NCBI GenBank assembly: GCA_021158195.1
Contig: JAGGVA010000031.1
Location: forward strand, 1-43,160
Source of the DNA: a bacterium
GTDB lineage: Bacteria > Patescibacteriota > Minisyncoccia > Minisyncoccales > PEYH01
DNA length: 43,160 nt
Direction of reading: 5' to 3'
The translations under genes were made by a program, and so were the position numbers. The notes below the pieces were generated by a model. The model did no database searches. It had not been told where the DNA came from and saw nothing but the letters and a program-made list of their open reading frames with translations. This document shows positions 33,536-42,820 of the stretch, one piece after another. Within the stretch, counting starts at the first letter, position 1; the number at the start of each line of letters is the position of its first letter.

Positions 33536-34552
33536 TTAATTAGAATAATTAGAAATCATATACTCTATCCCCATTGCTTCCTTTGTCATTTTTAATGTTT
33601 CTCTTACCTTCCTTTGAGTCTTTGCCCTCCCCTCCTCTAAAATTTCCTTTATTAGTTTTGGCTTTTGTTCAAAATCTTTTCTTTTTTGACGAATTGGATC
33701 TAAAAATTCATTAAGCATTTTTGCCAGTTGTTTTTTGCATTCAACACAGCCAAGTTTTCCTGATTGGCACAATTCTTTTACTTCTTTTGCTTTTTCTGGA
33801 AAGAATGCCTGATAGTATTTGTAAATATTACAGATTTCTGGACGACCTGAATCACCTAAATGAATTTTTTTAGGGTCAGTAATCGCTCTCATTACCTTCT
33901 TTTCCACTGTTTTTGGATCGTCTTTCAGAAAGATGGCGTTTCCTCTTGATTTCGACATCTTTTGCCCATCAAGCCCAGGCAAAACAGGAGTTTTGCTTAA
34001 TATTGGCTCAGGAATTGGAAAAACTTTTTTAAATGTTCTATTAAAAGTCCTTGCAATCTCACGAGTCAATTCAATATGTGGTAATTGATCTTTGCCAACC
34101 GGCACAAAATTTGCTCTAACACACAAGATATCTGCGGCTTGAGAAACAGGATAACTGATAAATCCAAGAGATGGCTTTTTAATCCCTGATGATCTTATTT
34201 CTTCTTTAACTGTAGGGTTTCTTTTAACTCTTGCAAAAGTAACGAGCATTGAAAAGATTACATAAAGTTCTGCGATTTCCGGGATTTGGGACTGAACAAA
34301 AATTGTTGATTTATTTGGGTCGATTCCAACCGATAAATAGTCTAAAACAATTTCTCTAATGTTTTTTTCGATTTCTTTTGATTTATTTAATTGGTCAGTT
34401 AAAACCTGATAGTCGGCAATAATAAAATAGCACTCGTATTTATCTTGTAACTCAACCCGAGCCTTAAGCGAGCCAACATAATGTCCCAAATGCAGTGGTC
34501 CTGTTGGCCTGTCTCCGGTAAGAATTATTTTATTTTTGTTTGAATTAGGCAT
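33536..34552 (-). CDS. trpS: Tryptophan--tRNA ligase
   Basis: 'ILTGDRPTGPLHLGHYVGSL' (HIGH) and 'GQKMSKSRGN' (KMSKS). 338 aa. Confidence 0.9.
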   Translation of the reverse strand: MPNSNKNKIILTGDRPTGPLHLGHYVGSLKARVELQDKYECYFIIADYQVLTDQLNKSKEIEKNIREIVLDYLSVGIDPNKSTIFVQSQIPEIAELYVIFSMLVTFARVKRNPTVKEEIRSSGIKKPSLGFISYPVSQAADILCVRANFVPVGKDQLPHIELTREIARTFNRTFKKVFPIPEPILSKTPVLPGLDGQKMSKSRGNAIFLKDDPKTVEKKVMRAITDPKKIHLGDSGRPEICNIYKYYQAFFPEKAKEVKELCQSGKLGCVECKKQLAKMLNEFLDPIRQKRKDFEQKPKLIKEILEEGRAKTQRKVRETLKMTKEAMGIEYMISNYSN

Positions 34553-34616
34553 TTTATTTTTGTGCTAAGATATTAAATTTTGCGATTTCTAAAAAAGTTT
34601 TTTGCTAAATCATTAA

Positions 34617-36002
34617 TCAAAAATATTGCGAAAGATCTTCAAAAAGATTTCTGGGAGCTTCGGGATTTATGGAATAGAATTTTTCAGCATTTTTATTAAA
34701 CAACTCTTTAGCATATGTCTTTTCTCCTGCCAACATATAATTAATTATCGCCTTAATTAAATAAAGGCTCCATTTATGCGGATCGCTTGTTAAATTTAAA
34801 TCGTCCTCTGTTTCTTGAGCTTTTTTCAGATACTCTTTTTGAAAAAGTTGTTTTGCATTTTCTATTTTATTTTCCGTTAACTTATAATAGTTGTAATAAT
34901 ACACGTTATTAACATTCCTTCTATCGAATGAGTATGCGTTTGTTCCTATAAGAAAAATTTCTCCATTTTTCTGTATGTAAAATTTTTCTTCTGAGGAATA
35001 TTCATAAGTTATAATGTCTCCAATAAACTCTAATCTTTCTGGAGAATGCAAGTAAAAATATAATATGTAAGGACCATAGGCTCCTCCGATATAGACAGGG
35101 ATTAGGAGATAGTGTCTCTCATTGTATAAGAAATACCGCGGTTCTAAAATAGCAGAGCCATTATGAGAATTTATTTTTTGATTCTTGAAAAAAACTTCAG
35201 CTGTAGCCGGAAAACCTGGTAATCCTTCTCCTCGAAGAGAAATAGTAATATCTTGGAAGGAATAAGTAATTTCCCCCTCCTTTTGGGTTATATGAAATAG
35301 TTCTTTTTTTTCAATTATTTTCTCCTGCGAAGGCAGTAGTTTATTTTGTGAAGAGCCACTTTCTTCTAAAAAATGAAACGTTTTAAGAAGTTTATTTTTC
35401 GCAGAAACAACAAAGTCTTTTGTCCAACCCGCAGCGTCGTGAAAATCACCGGAGAGAGGATAATAATAAGCTATAAATTTATTATTTTCTGTCAGATATT
35501 TAGCCCAAATATACTCTCCATTAGATAGATATTTTTCTCGAGCCCTTAATTTTTCACAAAAATCTAGACCTTTTCCTTCTTTACAATATTCTATTGGACA
35601 TATGTATATTACAATCATATTGTAAAACTTTTCCGGATCAAGACTTTTTCCCCAATAAGGCTTTACGGGTCGAGTTTGAAATTCAATAGTGGCACAGACT
35701 TTATCGTCGAAGTAAGATTCAGATTTTTGATTTTCTGTTATTTTGTAGCCGTGTTTTACAAAGAAGGGAGGAATTTCCATTTGAAATCCGAAAGTCGAGT
35801 TTTTATATATTTCTTTCTTAGTTTCCGAAGAGCTTGAGATAGGAAGTGATGGTTGGGAAGTTGAAGGCAAAAACTGAGAATACGGAGTAGTTTGATTAGA
35901 AGGAATTGAAGCAAAAAAGGATTTCCAAATGAAAAAGCCTATAATTGCTACTGTAATAAACAAAAGCACAAATATTATTTTTTTCTTTTTAAAAATTAAC
36001 AT
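34617..36002 (-). CDS. N-terminally anchored extracytoplasmic hypothetical protein
   Basis: 461 aa. TM anchor, S/P-rich linker, then 'IYKNSTFGFQMEIPPFF'. Confidence 0.45.
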   Translation of the reverse strand: MLIFKKKKIIFVLLFITVAIIGFFIWKSFFASIPSNQTTPYSQFLPSTSQPSLPISSSSETKKEIYKNSTFGFQMEIPPFFVKHGYKITENQKSESYFDDKVCATIEFQTRPVKPYWGKSLDPEKFYNMIVIYICPIEYCKEGKGLDFCEKLRAREKYLSNGEYIWAKYLTENNKFIAYYYPLSGDFHDAAGWTKDFVVSAKNKLLKTFHFLEESGSSQNKLLPSQEKIIEKKELFHITQKEGEITYSFQDITISLRGEGLPGFPATAEVFFKNQKINSHNGSAILEPRYFLYNERHYLLIPVYIGGAYGPYILYFYLHSPERLEFIGDIITYEYSSEEKFYIQKNGEIFLIGTNAYSFDRRNVNNVYYYNYYKLTENKIENAKQLFQKEYLKKAQETEDDLNLTSDPHKWSLYLIKAIINYMLAGEKTYAKELFNKNAEKFYSINPEAPRNLFEDLSQYF

Positions 36003-36006
36003 AATT

Positions 36007-36846
36007 TTATGGATTAAATAAATTAATTTTAGTTGTCACTACTTTTTCTATTGCTGAAATTACCTTGGGTAAAATATTATAAGGCTTAACCGTGCCTCGA
36101 TGTTTTCTAAGAATTTTTTCTAGAGTTTCTCGCCACGCTATTCGAAGTTCTGTATTTACATTAATTTTTACAACCCCATTTTTAATTGTCTCTTTAATAT
36201 CCTTTTTTGATGTTCCAGAGCCACCATGGAGAACTAAAAATATCGGAATTGCTTTTTTGATTTTTTGAAGATGATCAATTTTTAAGCGAATCGATTTTGT
36301 ATAAACTCCGTGCAAATTTCCAATATTTACTGCTAAACTATCAATGCCTGTTTTTTTAACAAATTCTTTGGCTTTTTCAATGTCTTCAAGTAAAACTTCT
36401 TTTGGCAGTTCTTTATGAATTTCTGAACTTCCCTGAATTGATTTTATTTCTCCTTCAACCAGACAACCTTTTTTGTGGGCATATTTTACTATTTTTTTTG
36501 TAATTTTTAAGTTTTCTTGGAAATCTAAACCCGAGCCATCGAAATGAACGCAATCATAACCAAGATCAATTGCTTTTTTAATCAAATCAATATCTTTTCC
36601 GTGGTCTAAATTAAGATAAATATAGGGAAATTTTTTTCGATATAAATCTCTTAATAGTGTGGCTTCTTCTAGTCCAAAAAAATTAGCCTCTCCTTGGCTT
36701 GTGCCCAAAATTACCGGTGATTTTAGTTTCTTGGCAGCGCTGACTATTGCTTTAAGTTGTTCTAAAGTTGAAAAATTAAACTGCCCTATTGCCCACTTTT
36801 CTTTTTTTGCTCGTCCGAAAAAATATTTTAGCGATTTATTACTCAT
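36007..36846 (-). CDS. Class II fructose/tagatose-bisphosphate aldolase
   Basis: 'NLDHGKD', 'VHFDGS', 'LVLHGGSGTS' and 'KINVNTELR'. Confidence 0.88.
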   Translation of the reverse strand: MSNKSLKYFFGRAKKEKWAIGQFNFSTLEQLKAIVSAAKKLKSPVILGTSQGEANFFGLEEATLLRDLYRKKFPYIYLNLDHGKDIDLIKKAIDLGYDCVHFDGSGLDFQENLKITKKIVKYAHKKGCLVEGEIKSIQGSSEIHKELPKEVLLEDIEKAKEFVKKTGIDSLAVNIGNLHGVYTKSIRLKIDHLQKIKKAIPIFLVLHGGSGTSKKDIKETIKNGVVKINVNTELRIAWRETLEKILRKHRGTVKPYNILPKVISAIEKVVTTKINLFNP

Positions 36847-36847
36847 A

Positions 36848-36894
36848 AATTTACAATTTGTCCACCTGTCGAGCGGACAGGCAATTTACAATTT
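36848..36894. repeat. GC-rich hairpin (23 nt) flanked by a 12-bp direct repeat at the kinase/aldolase junction
   Basis: AATTTACAATTT occurs at 36848-36859 and 36883-36894. The core GTCCACCTGTCGAGCGGACAGGC contains stem CCTGTC/GACAGG. Confidence 0.8.
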
Positions 36895-37836
36895 TAAATT
36901 ATAAATTTTCGCTTTTGAGAAAATTTGATTTTTCTTTAAAAGTCCTTCTTTTGCTCCCCACTGTTTTAGACAAGCCGCTGAGTTGGCTGTGGCTAATTGA
37001 ATAGCAAAAATTGGGTCATTAGTTTTTATTAAGCCGGCTACAAAACCAGCCCCATAAGCGTCTCCTGCTCCAGTTCTATCCTCAACTTTTGTTTTTACAA
37101 TTCCTGCTTGAAAAATATTTTTTCCATCAAAGACAATCGACCCCTTTTTGCCTTTTGTAACTATTAAATAACCCCCAATTTTTTCTTTTAAATTTTTAAA
37201 TAAACTCCTCTCGTTTTTATATTTGCCAAAAAGCAGTTTTGCTTCATTTTCATTTACAATTAAGACATCTACCAAGCCAATCCATTTCTCTATTTTATTT
37301 TTTAAAATTACAATCTGCTCTTTACTTGGGTTTATCGCTACTCTAATTTTATTTTTCTTTGCAAACTTTATAATTTTAAGGGTATTTTTTGTAAATTGCC
37401 CAGATAAGGGAGCCAGATAATACCATTTTGATTTTAATTTTTCTAAGTCAAAATTTTGGGGAAGATACCTTGAGGCGTCTCGATAAACTAAAATTACTCT
37501 CCCCTTCTCTTTTTCGCTTAAAATTACAGAATGATTTGTTGTTTTATTTTTTAGAGTTTCTACAAAATCAGTTGCAATGCCAAATCTTTTTAAATCCATC
37601 AATACTAAAAAACCAGCATAATCTTTCCCAATACATCCACAATAAGCAGTTTTGAATCCCTGAAGCGAAAAAGTTGCAGCGGTATTCGTGCCTCCACCCC
37701 CTGTTTTTATCAAAATTTTATCAATCTCTATTTTTTCTCCAACGGGAAAACAAAGATTTCGTTGAAAAAAATCTTTCGAGGTAATAAATATATCCTCACT
37801 TGCTGACCCAAAAGTTATGACATCGAATTTTTTCAT
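36886..37836 (-). CDS. PfkB-family carbohydrate kinase
   Basis: 'KTGGGGTNTAATF' and 'DRTGAGDAYGAGFVAGL'. Confidence 0.85.
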   Translation of the reverse strand: MKKFDVITFGSASEDIFITSKDFFQRNLCFPVGEKIEIDKILIKTGGGGTNTAATFSLQGFKTAYCGCIGKDYAGFLVLMDLKRFGIATDFVETLKNKTTNHSVILSEKEKGRVILVYRDASRYLPQNFDLEKLKSKWYYLAPLSGQFTKNTLKIIKFAKKNKIRVAINPSKEQIVILKNKIEKWIGLVDVLIVNENEAKLLFGKYKNERSLFKNLKEKIGGYLIVTKGKKGSIVFDGKNIFQAGIVKTKVEDRTGAGDAYGAGFVAGLIKTNDPIFAIQLATANSAACLKQWGAKEGLLKKNQIFSKAKIYNLKL

Positions 37837-37841
37837 AAAAG

Positions 37842-38345
37842 TTATTTACATATTATTAATTTCGCCCATGGATGAAGAATGTAATCCCAGCTAGTTGTAT
37901 GTAAGGCGATTTCTAAAATTTTTATTCCTATCGTAGGATGTAAATATGAATTTGCTTCTAAATTAAACTTTGACGCAAAATACGAAAAGCCATACCAAAA
38001 TAAATTGAGGGTTATTATAAGTGTTAAAAATATTCCTAAAACCGACGCCCCACTCTTTAGTAAACCCAACCTTTTTATTACTAGAAAAAACAGCAGAAAC
38101 GAAAATAAGAAACTTCCTAGGCAAATGATTAGATTAAGGATAGGATTAAAACAGATATAGTAAAGAGCGTCTTTTATTCCCAACAGGATTAAAAATATAA
38201 CGAATTCATATAACAAAACTGCTTTTAGAGCTTCATAAAAACGAATTTTAAAATTTTTCTTTTTTATCCAGACATATAGAAGAAGAGTAGTAATACCTAT
38301 AGAGGATATTATTGCGACTATTTCCCATAAGATAATTCTCATCAT
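37842..38345 (-). CDS. Hypothetical polytopic membrane protein
   Basis: 167 aa, 4-5 TM helices, no motif. Confidence 0.4.
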   Translation of the reverse strand: MMRIILWEIVAIISSIGITTLLLYVWIKKKNFKIRFYEALKAVLLYEFVIFLILLGIKDALYYICFNPILNLIICLGSFLFSFLLFFLVIKRLGLLKSGASVLGIFLTLIITLNLFWYGFSYFASKFNLEANSYLHPTIGIKILEIALHTTSWDYILHPWAKLIICK

Positions 38346-38482
38346 ATTTTAATTTATTTTTAATTTATTAGTGAATATTTATTTAACGACCTTTGCGTCT
38401 ATAAGAATGAAATTTTATCCACTTTTTTCGGTTGTTTTTTTTGATACTACATCAATGCCGATTTTTGCTTAGTTTATAAATT

Positions 38483-38947
38483 TCAAGTTTTCGATCTAAA
38501 CCTCCACATCTCCCAGCCGATAGAAATGAACCAGAAAAGTAACAAACTGATTCCTATAACAATTAGATAAATCGAAGTTTTAGATGGAAGTGGCGTTTTG
38601 CAACTTAAAATACCACCTATAATTAACAAGATCAATCCGGAAACTAAGAAAAGCACTCTTAATAATCGAGAGCGTAAAGTGTTAGAAAAGTACCCTTTAG
38701 GAAGGGGAATTTTTCTGAGTGGGTAAATTTGTATTCGTTTTTGAATTTCTTGTATAATAGGAAGATCGCAGTTTCGTACAAGCAATGTATAAGCGGTCCA
38801 TTTAGCTTCAGCCGTAGTTTCTTTACCTATATTGGTACCAGGATAGAGGACTTTTACCGGGATTCCTTGTTTTTCTAACTCAGATTTTAAAATATCTGCT
38901 TGTTCAGCTGGATAGGTACCAATGTTAATGAAATCAGTATTATTCAT
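38483..38947 (-). CDS. Hypothetical protein: small soluble N-domain (DUF2007-like) plus two C-terminal TM helices
   Basis: 154 aa. Start overlaps the ppsA stop by 4 nt. Confidence 0.35.
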   Translation of the reverse strand: MNNTDFINIGTYPAEQADILKSELEKQGIPVKVLYPGTNIGKETTAEAKWTAYTLLVRNCDLPIIQEIQKRIQIYPLRKIPLPKGYFSNTLRSRLLRVLFLVSGLILLIIGGILSCKTPLPSKTSIYLIVIGISLLLFWFISIGWEMWRFRSKT

Positions 38948-41385
38948 GCTCTTGTTGTTAATTTTAGAATCGTCCTAATAACAGCATCAGGGCTTAAAGA
39001 CATAGCGCCAATTTTTTCTTTTTCCAAGAATTTTGCAAATTCAACAAAAGTAGAAGGGGCATCGCCACAGATTCCTACATATTTTTTCTTTTCTCTGCAT
39101 TTTCTAATTACTTCTCTTATGAGTTTTTTTACTGCTTCGTTTCTTTCATCTCCGATATGGGCAATTTGGGCGTTATCTCTGTCCATTCCCAAGGTGAGTT
39201 GAGTTAAGTCATTTGAGCCAATTGACATTCCGTCAAAAATCTTTAAAAATTCGTCTGCTAAAATTACATTTGAAGGAATTTCACACATCACATAAACTTT
39301 TACGCCATCTTTACCTCTTTTTAATCCATTTTTTGCCATTAGATCTAATACTTTTTTACCTTCCTCAGGAGTTCTACAGAAAGGAATCATCACTGAGACA
39401 TTTTTTAGGCCAAAAACATCTCTTACTCTTTTTATTGCCTGACACTCCATTGAAAACGCTGGAGCAAAACGAGGATCATAGTAACGGGAAGCTCCTCGCC
39501 AGCCAATCATCGGATTATCTTCTTCGGGTTCAAACAGATCTCCTCCAACAAGTTGGGCATATTCGTTTGTTTTAAAATCAGAGAATCTAACAATCACTTC
39601 ATTAGGCCAAAAAGCAGCAGCAATCTGCCCAATTCCTTCTGCCAACTCCTTCACAAAATATTCTTTTTTATCTTTATGTTCAACTGTTATTTCTTCTATT
39701 TTTTTTACAAGTTTTTGTATCTCTTTTTGGCTAACATTTTTTACTAAAGGCAATTTATCAATTCGCCCCTGCTTTAATTGCTTGTAATAATACAGAGCCA
39801 AGGGGTGAACTTTGATTTTTTGAGCAATGATAAATTCTTCTCTTGCAAGCCCCACTCCTTCAACTGGCAAAAATGAGGTTTTAAAAGCAATTTCCGGCGC
39901 TCCGATATTTACAACAATCTTTGTTTTGGGTTTTGGGAGTTTTTCTAAATTATACCGTTTAACTTTATAAGGAACCTTTCCCAAAAATACTCTTCCTTTT
40001 AGTCCTTGAGTACAATCAACAGTAACATATTGTCCGGTTTTTAAGATTTTTGTTGCTTTTTGAGTGCCTACGATGCAGGGAATACCCAATTCTCTTGATA
40101 CTATCGCCGCATGACAGGTCTTAGAGCCTTCGTCGGTAACAATAGATGATGCAATTTTCATAAGAGGGACCCAATCTGGGTCTGTCATTCTTGTGACCAA
40201 AACTTCTCCTTTCTTAAATTCGCTCATTTTTTTGACGCTTTCAATTACTCTCACTTTTCCCTCGCCAATTTTGTCTCCTATCGCAATTCCTTTCAAAATT
40301 GGCTCTTTTTTGGCTTTAATTTGATACTCTTCATAAATAGTCCCTTTTTTGTGGGCATGAACTGTTTCTGGACGTGCTTGAACTATAAAAAGTTTGCCTG
40401 TTTTTCCGTCTTTTGCCCACTCAATATCTTGAGGCATCCATTTACCCGCGAGTTTTGAGTAATGCTCTTCAATTAAGCACCCCCATTTTGCAAGGGTTAA
40501 AATTTCTTTATCTGTAAGCGAGAATTTTAATTGAAGTTTTGGCGAGACCGGCACTTCTTTTAGCCCTCCTTTTTTGCTGTAAATTAGTTTTTTTGTTTTT
40601 CGTCCAAGATTTTTGACAATAATTGATTTATAACCCTTTCTTAGAGCGGGCTTAAAGACAAAAAACTCATCTGGAGTAATTCTTCCCTTTACAATCATTT
40701 CTCCTACACCCCAAATTGAATTAATTAAAACAACATTGGAAAAACCAGTTTCAGTATCTAAGGTAAACATTACTCCAGATGAGGCGAGATCAGAACGAAC
40801 CATTTTTTGAATCCCTACAGATAAAGCAATTTTTAGATGGTCAAATCCCTTTTCCTCCCGATAAGCAATTGCTCTATCTGTAAAAAGAGAGGCAATACAT
40901 TTTTTAACTGCTTTAAGAAGTTCTTCTTCTCCTCGAACATTTAAATAAGTTTCTTGTTGTCCTGCGAAAGATGCGGTTGGTAGATCTTCGGCAGTAGCAG
41001 AACTTCTCACCGCTACATCAACACTCTTTTCTTTATAGATTTGAGAGAGTTTCTTGTAGTTTTCAATAATCTCTTTTTTTAATTCTTCCGGAAATTCGGC
41101 TTTTAAAATAGCATCTCTTATTGTTTTTCCTACTTTTTGCAGTTGTTTAATGTTACGCGAATCAAAATTTGTAAATAGTTCTTTTAATTTTTGCTTTAGT
41201 CCTGCTTTTTCAAGAAAATAAAAATAAGCATAAGAAGTAAGGGCAAATCCATTTGGGATATTAATCCCCTTTTTTGTTAAAGTTTGATACATTTCACCCA
41301 AAGAGGCATTTTTGCCTCCAACAAGTGGCACATCTTTATGGGTGATTTCTTTAAACCACAAAACAAATTTTTTCTCTTTTTCCAT
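38944..41385 (-). CDS. ppsA: Phosphoenolpyruvate synthase (pyruvate, water dikinase)
   Basis: 'VPLVGGKNASLGEM', phospho-His region 'TDEGSKTCHAAIVSRELGIPCIVG', and 'MSIGSNDLTQL'. Confidence 0.93.
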   Translation of the reverse strand: MEKEKKFVLWFKEITHKDVPLVGGKNASLGEMYQTLTKKGINIPNGFALTSYAYFYFLEKAGLKQKLKELFTNFDSRNIKQLQKVGKTIRDAILKAEFPEELKKEIIENYKKLSQIYKEKSVDVAVRSSATAEDLPTASFAGQQETYLNVRGEEELLKAVKKCIASLFTDRAIAYREEKGFDHLKIALSVGIQKMVRSDLASSGVMFTLDTETGFSNVVLINSIWGVGEMIVKGRITPDEFFVFKPALRKGYKSIIVKNLGRKTKKLIYSKKGGLKEVPVSPKLQLKFSLTDKEILTLAKWGCLIEEHYSKLAGKWMPQDIEWAKDGKTGKLFIVQARPETVHAHKKGTIYEEYQIKAKKEPILKGIAIGDKIGEGKVRVIESVKKMSEFKKGEVLVTRMTDPDWVPLMKIASSIVTDEGSKTCHAAIVSRELGIPCIVGTQKATKILKTGQYVTVDCTQGLKGRVFLGKVPYKVKRYNLEKLPKPKTKIVVNIGAPEIAFKTSFLPVEGVGLAREEFIIAQKIKVHPLALYYYKQLKQGRIDKLPLVKNVSQKEIQKLVKKIEEITVEHKDKKEYFVKELAEGIGQIAAAFWPNEVIVRFSDFKTNEYAQLVGGDLFEPEEDNPMIGWRGASRYYDPRFAPAFSMECQAIKRVRDVFGLKNVSVMIPFCRTPEEGKKVLDLMAKNGLKRGKDGVKVYVMCEIPSNVILADEFLKIFDGMSIGSNDLTQLTLGMDRDNAQIAHIGDERNEAVKKLIREVIRKCREKKKYVGICGDAPSTFVEFAKFLEKEKIGAMSLSPDAVIRTILKLTTRA

Positions 41386-41411
41386 AATTTTTATAAAAAT
41401 TAATTATTAAC

Positions 41412-41462
41412 TACCCACTACTCACTACCCACTATTCACTACCCACTATTCACTACTCACTG
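41412..41462. repeat. Seven tandem heptamers TAYYCAC (three 14-mers TACCCACTAYTCAC plus a partial)
   Basis: Read directly. On the minus strand it reads GTGAGTA GTGAATA GTGGGTA GTGAATA GTGGGTA GTGAGTA GTGGGTA. The upstream gene's stop codon (41453-41455) lies inside the array, which ends 26 nt before the ppsA ATG. Confidence 0.85.
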
Positions 41463-42820
41463 ATCATCGTTTTCATAGCCCTTACTGCCCGTAATGGATC
41501 CGGGTAATTTGGAATTTTGTTTTTCTCAAGTAATTTTACTGCTTTTTTAACATTTTTCCCTCCCATAAAAACACAAATAATTGGTTTTTCTTTCCATCTT
41601 TTTTTTGCCTCTATTATGATTTTAGCATTTTCTAACGGTTGGGTCATTATCTGTAGAGTTTGAATAACAATTAATCCATAGATGTTTTTTTGAGAGAGCA
41701 GGGCTTCAATTGCTATTTTGTATCTGTCAGATAAGGCATCTCCAATAATATCTACCGGATTGTTTTTTGACCAGTGAGAAGGAATTACTGAAGACAAATT
41801 TATCTTACGAATAGTTTTTTCTTTAAGTTTTGGAAGTTTAATTCCAAAACTTTGGCAATAATCGGTTGTTAAAATTCCTGCTCCGCCCCCATTTGTGATA
41901 ATCCCAATTCCATTTTTACATTGGGGAAGCCAAGATAAAGCCTTTGCTACATCAAACATTTCTTCTACTGATTCAACTTCAATCGCCCCTGCTTGTTTAA
42001 AAACTGCAGAATATATTTCTTTTTCGCCTGCTAAACTGCCTGTATGAGAAGAAACTGCTTTTTGAGATAATTTTGTTTTACCTCCTTTTAAGATTACAAC
42101 CGGTTTTTTTTGAGTGATTTTTCTTAGGGTTTGATAGAATTTTCTTCCCTCTTTGACACCCTCTAAGTATAAAGCGATTGTCTTGGTATTTTTGTCTTGA
42201 TAAACGAATTCTAAAAAATCGGTCAGGGTGATTCCTGCTTCGTTTCCATAAGAAATGATCCAAGAGAAGCCGTAATTTTCGTCGAGAGATTTATCAATTA
42301 CAGAATCAATTAATGCTCCTGATTGAGAAATAAATGCTATTTCTCCTTTTTGAGGAGTTTGCGGAGCAAAAGAAGCATTTAGTTTTATAAAAGGATTGAT
42401 TACTCCAAGACAGTTAGGTCCAACAAGGAATATATCTTTTAATATTTTTTTAACTTCATTTTGTAATTTTTTTCCTTGTTCTCCAGTCTCAGCAAATCCA
42501 GATGAAATGATAATAACCCCTAAAACTTTTTTTCTAGCACAATCTTTGGCTACCTCAGGAACAATTTTTGCAGGCACAGCGATTATTGCTAAATCAACCC
42601 TCTCTTTTATATCAGTAATTTTTGGATAAGTTTTAATACCAAAAACCTTGTTTTTAAAAGGATTTACAAAATAAATTTTTCTTTTATTTTTTCCCTCAAG
42701 TAAATTTTTACAAAGCCCTCTTCCAACAGAGCCGGGCCTGTCTGTTGCTCCAATAACCGCTACTGTTTTTGGATTGAAGAGTTTTTGTGTTTTTATTCTT
42801 TTTGAATTTTGAATTGTCAT
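41453..42820 (-). CDS. ADP-forming acetyl-CoA synthetase (acetate--CoA ligase), alpha subunit
   Basis: Start trimmed to ATG 42820 ('MTIQNSKRIKTQKLFNPKTVAVIGATDRPGSVG'). Phospho-His motif 'SSHTGSLAGE'. Confidence 0.85.
   Translation of the reverse strand: MTIQNSKRIKTQKLFNPKTVAVIGATDRPGSVGRGLCKNLLEGKNKRKIYFVNPFKNKVFGIKTYPKITDIKERVDLAIIAVPAKIVPEVAKDCARKKVLGVIIISSGFAETGEQGKKLQNEVKKILKDIFLVGPNCLGVINPFIKLNASFAPQTPQKGEIAFISQSGALIDSVIDKSLDENYGFSWIISYGNEAGITLTDFLEFVYQDKNTKTIALYLEGVKEGRKFYQTLRKITQKKPVVILKGGKTKLSQKAVSSHTGSLAGEKEIYSAVFKQAGAIEVESVEEMFDVAKALSWLPQCKNGIGIITNGGGAGILTTDYCQSFGIKLPKLKEKTIRKINLSSVIPSHWSKNNPVDIIGDALSDRYKIAIEALLSQKNIYGLIVIQTLQIMTQPLENAKIIIEAKKRWKEKPIICVFMGGKNVKKAVKLLEKNKIPNYPDPLRAVRAMKTMISE

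Noticed and set aside
41412-41462. CRISPR array (also considered for 12617..12651)
   Set aside because: The repeat units are only 7-14 nt and directly abutting, with no spacers. No cas genes are nearby. These are simple tandem repeats.
457-42629. Short antisense or overlapping track ORFs (60-125 aa), in eight groups. Within the TDT transporter, methylthiotransferase and flippase-like genes: 457-639, 1024-1206, 3045-3269, 4475-4663. Within uppS, the GT pair and the baeRF-like gene: 7322-7558, 9103-9309, 10369-10560, 10606-10848. Within the 169-aa, Xer, 112-aa and gltX genes: 11090-11464, 11903-12160, 12746-12949, 13190-13390. Within murG, ftsW, mraY and the response regulator: 14799-14984, 16340-16552, 24633-24815, 27558-27752. 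Within the sRNA spacer and valS: 27878-28150, 28663-29040, 28736-28984. Within the 31017-32637 membrane proteins: 31790-32029, 32051-32293. Within the aldolase and PfkB kinase: 36659-36904, 37223-37420, 37428-37655. Within ppsA and ACD alpha: 38900-39202, 39213-39575, 39553-39747, 42078-42263, 42396-42629.
   Set aside because: All lie inside and antisense to, or out of frame with, longer ORFs that carry clear family motifs. Their composition is the mirror of A/T-rich coding DNA (F/K/I/L/S-rich) and none has an SD.
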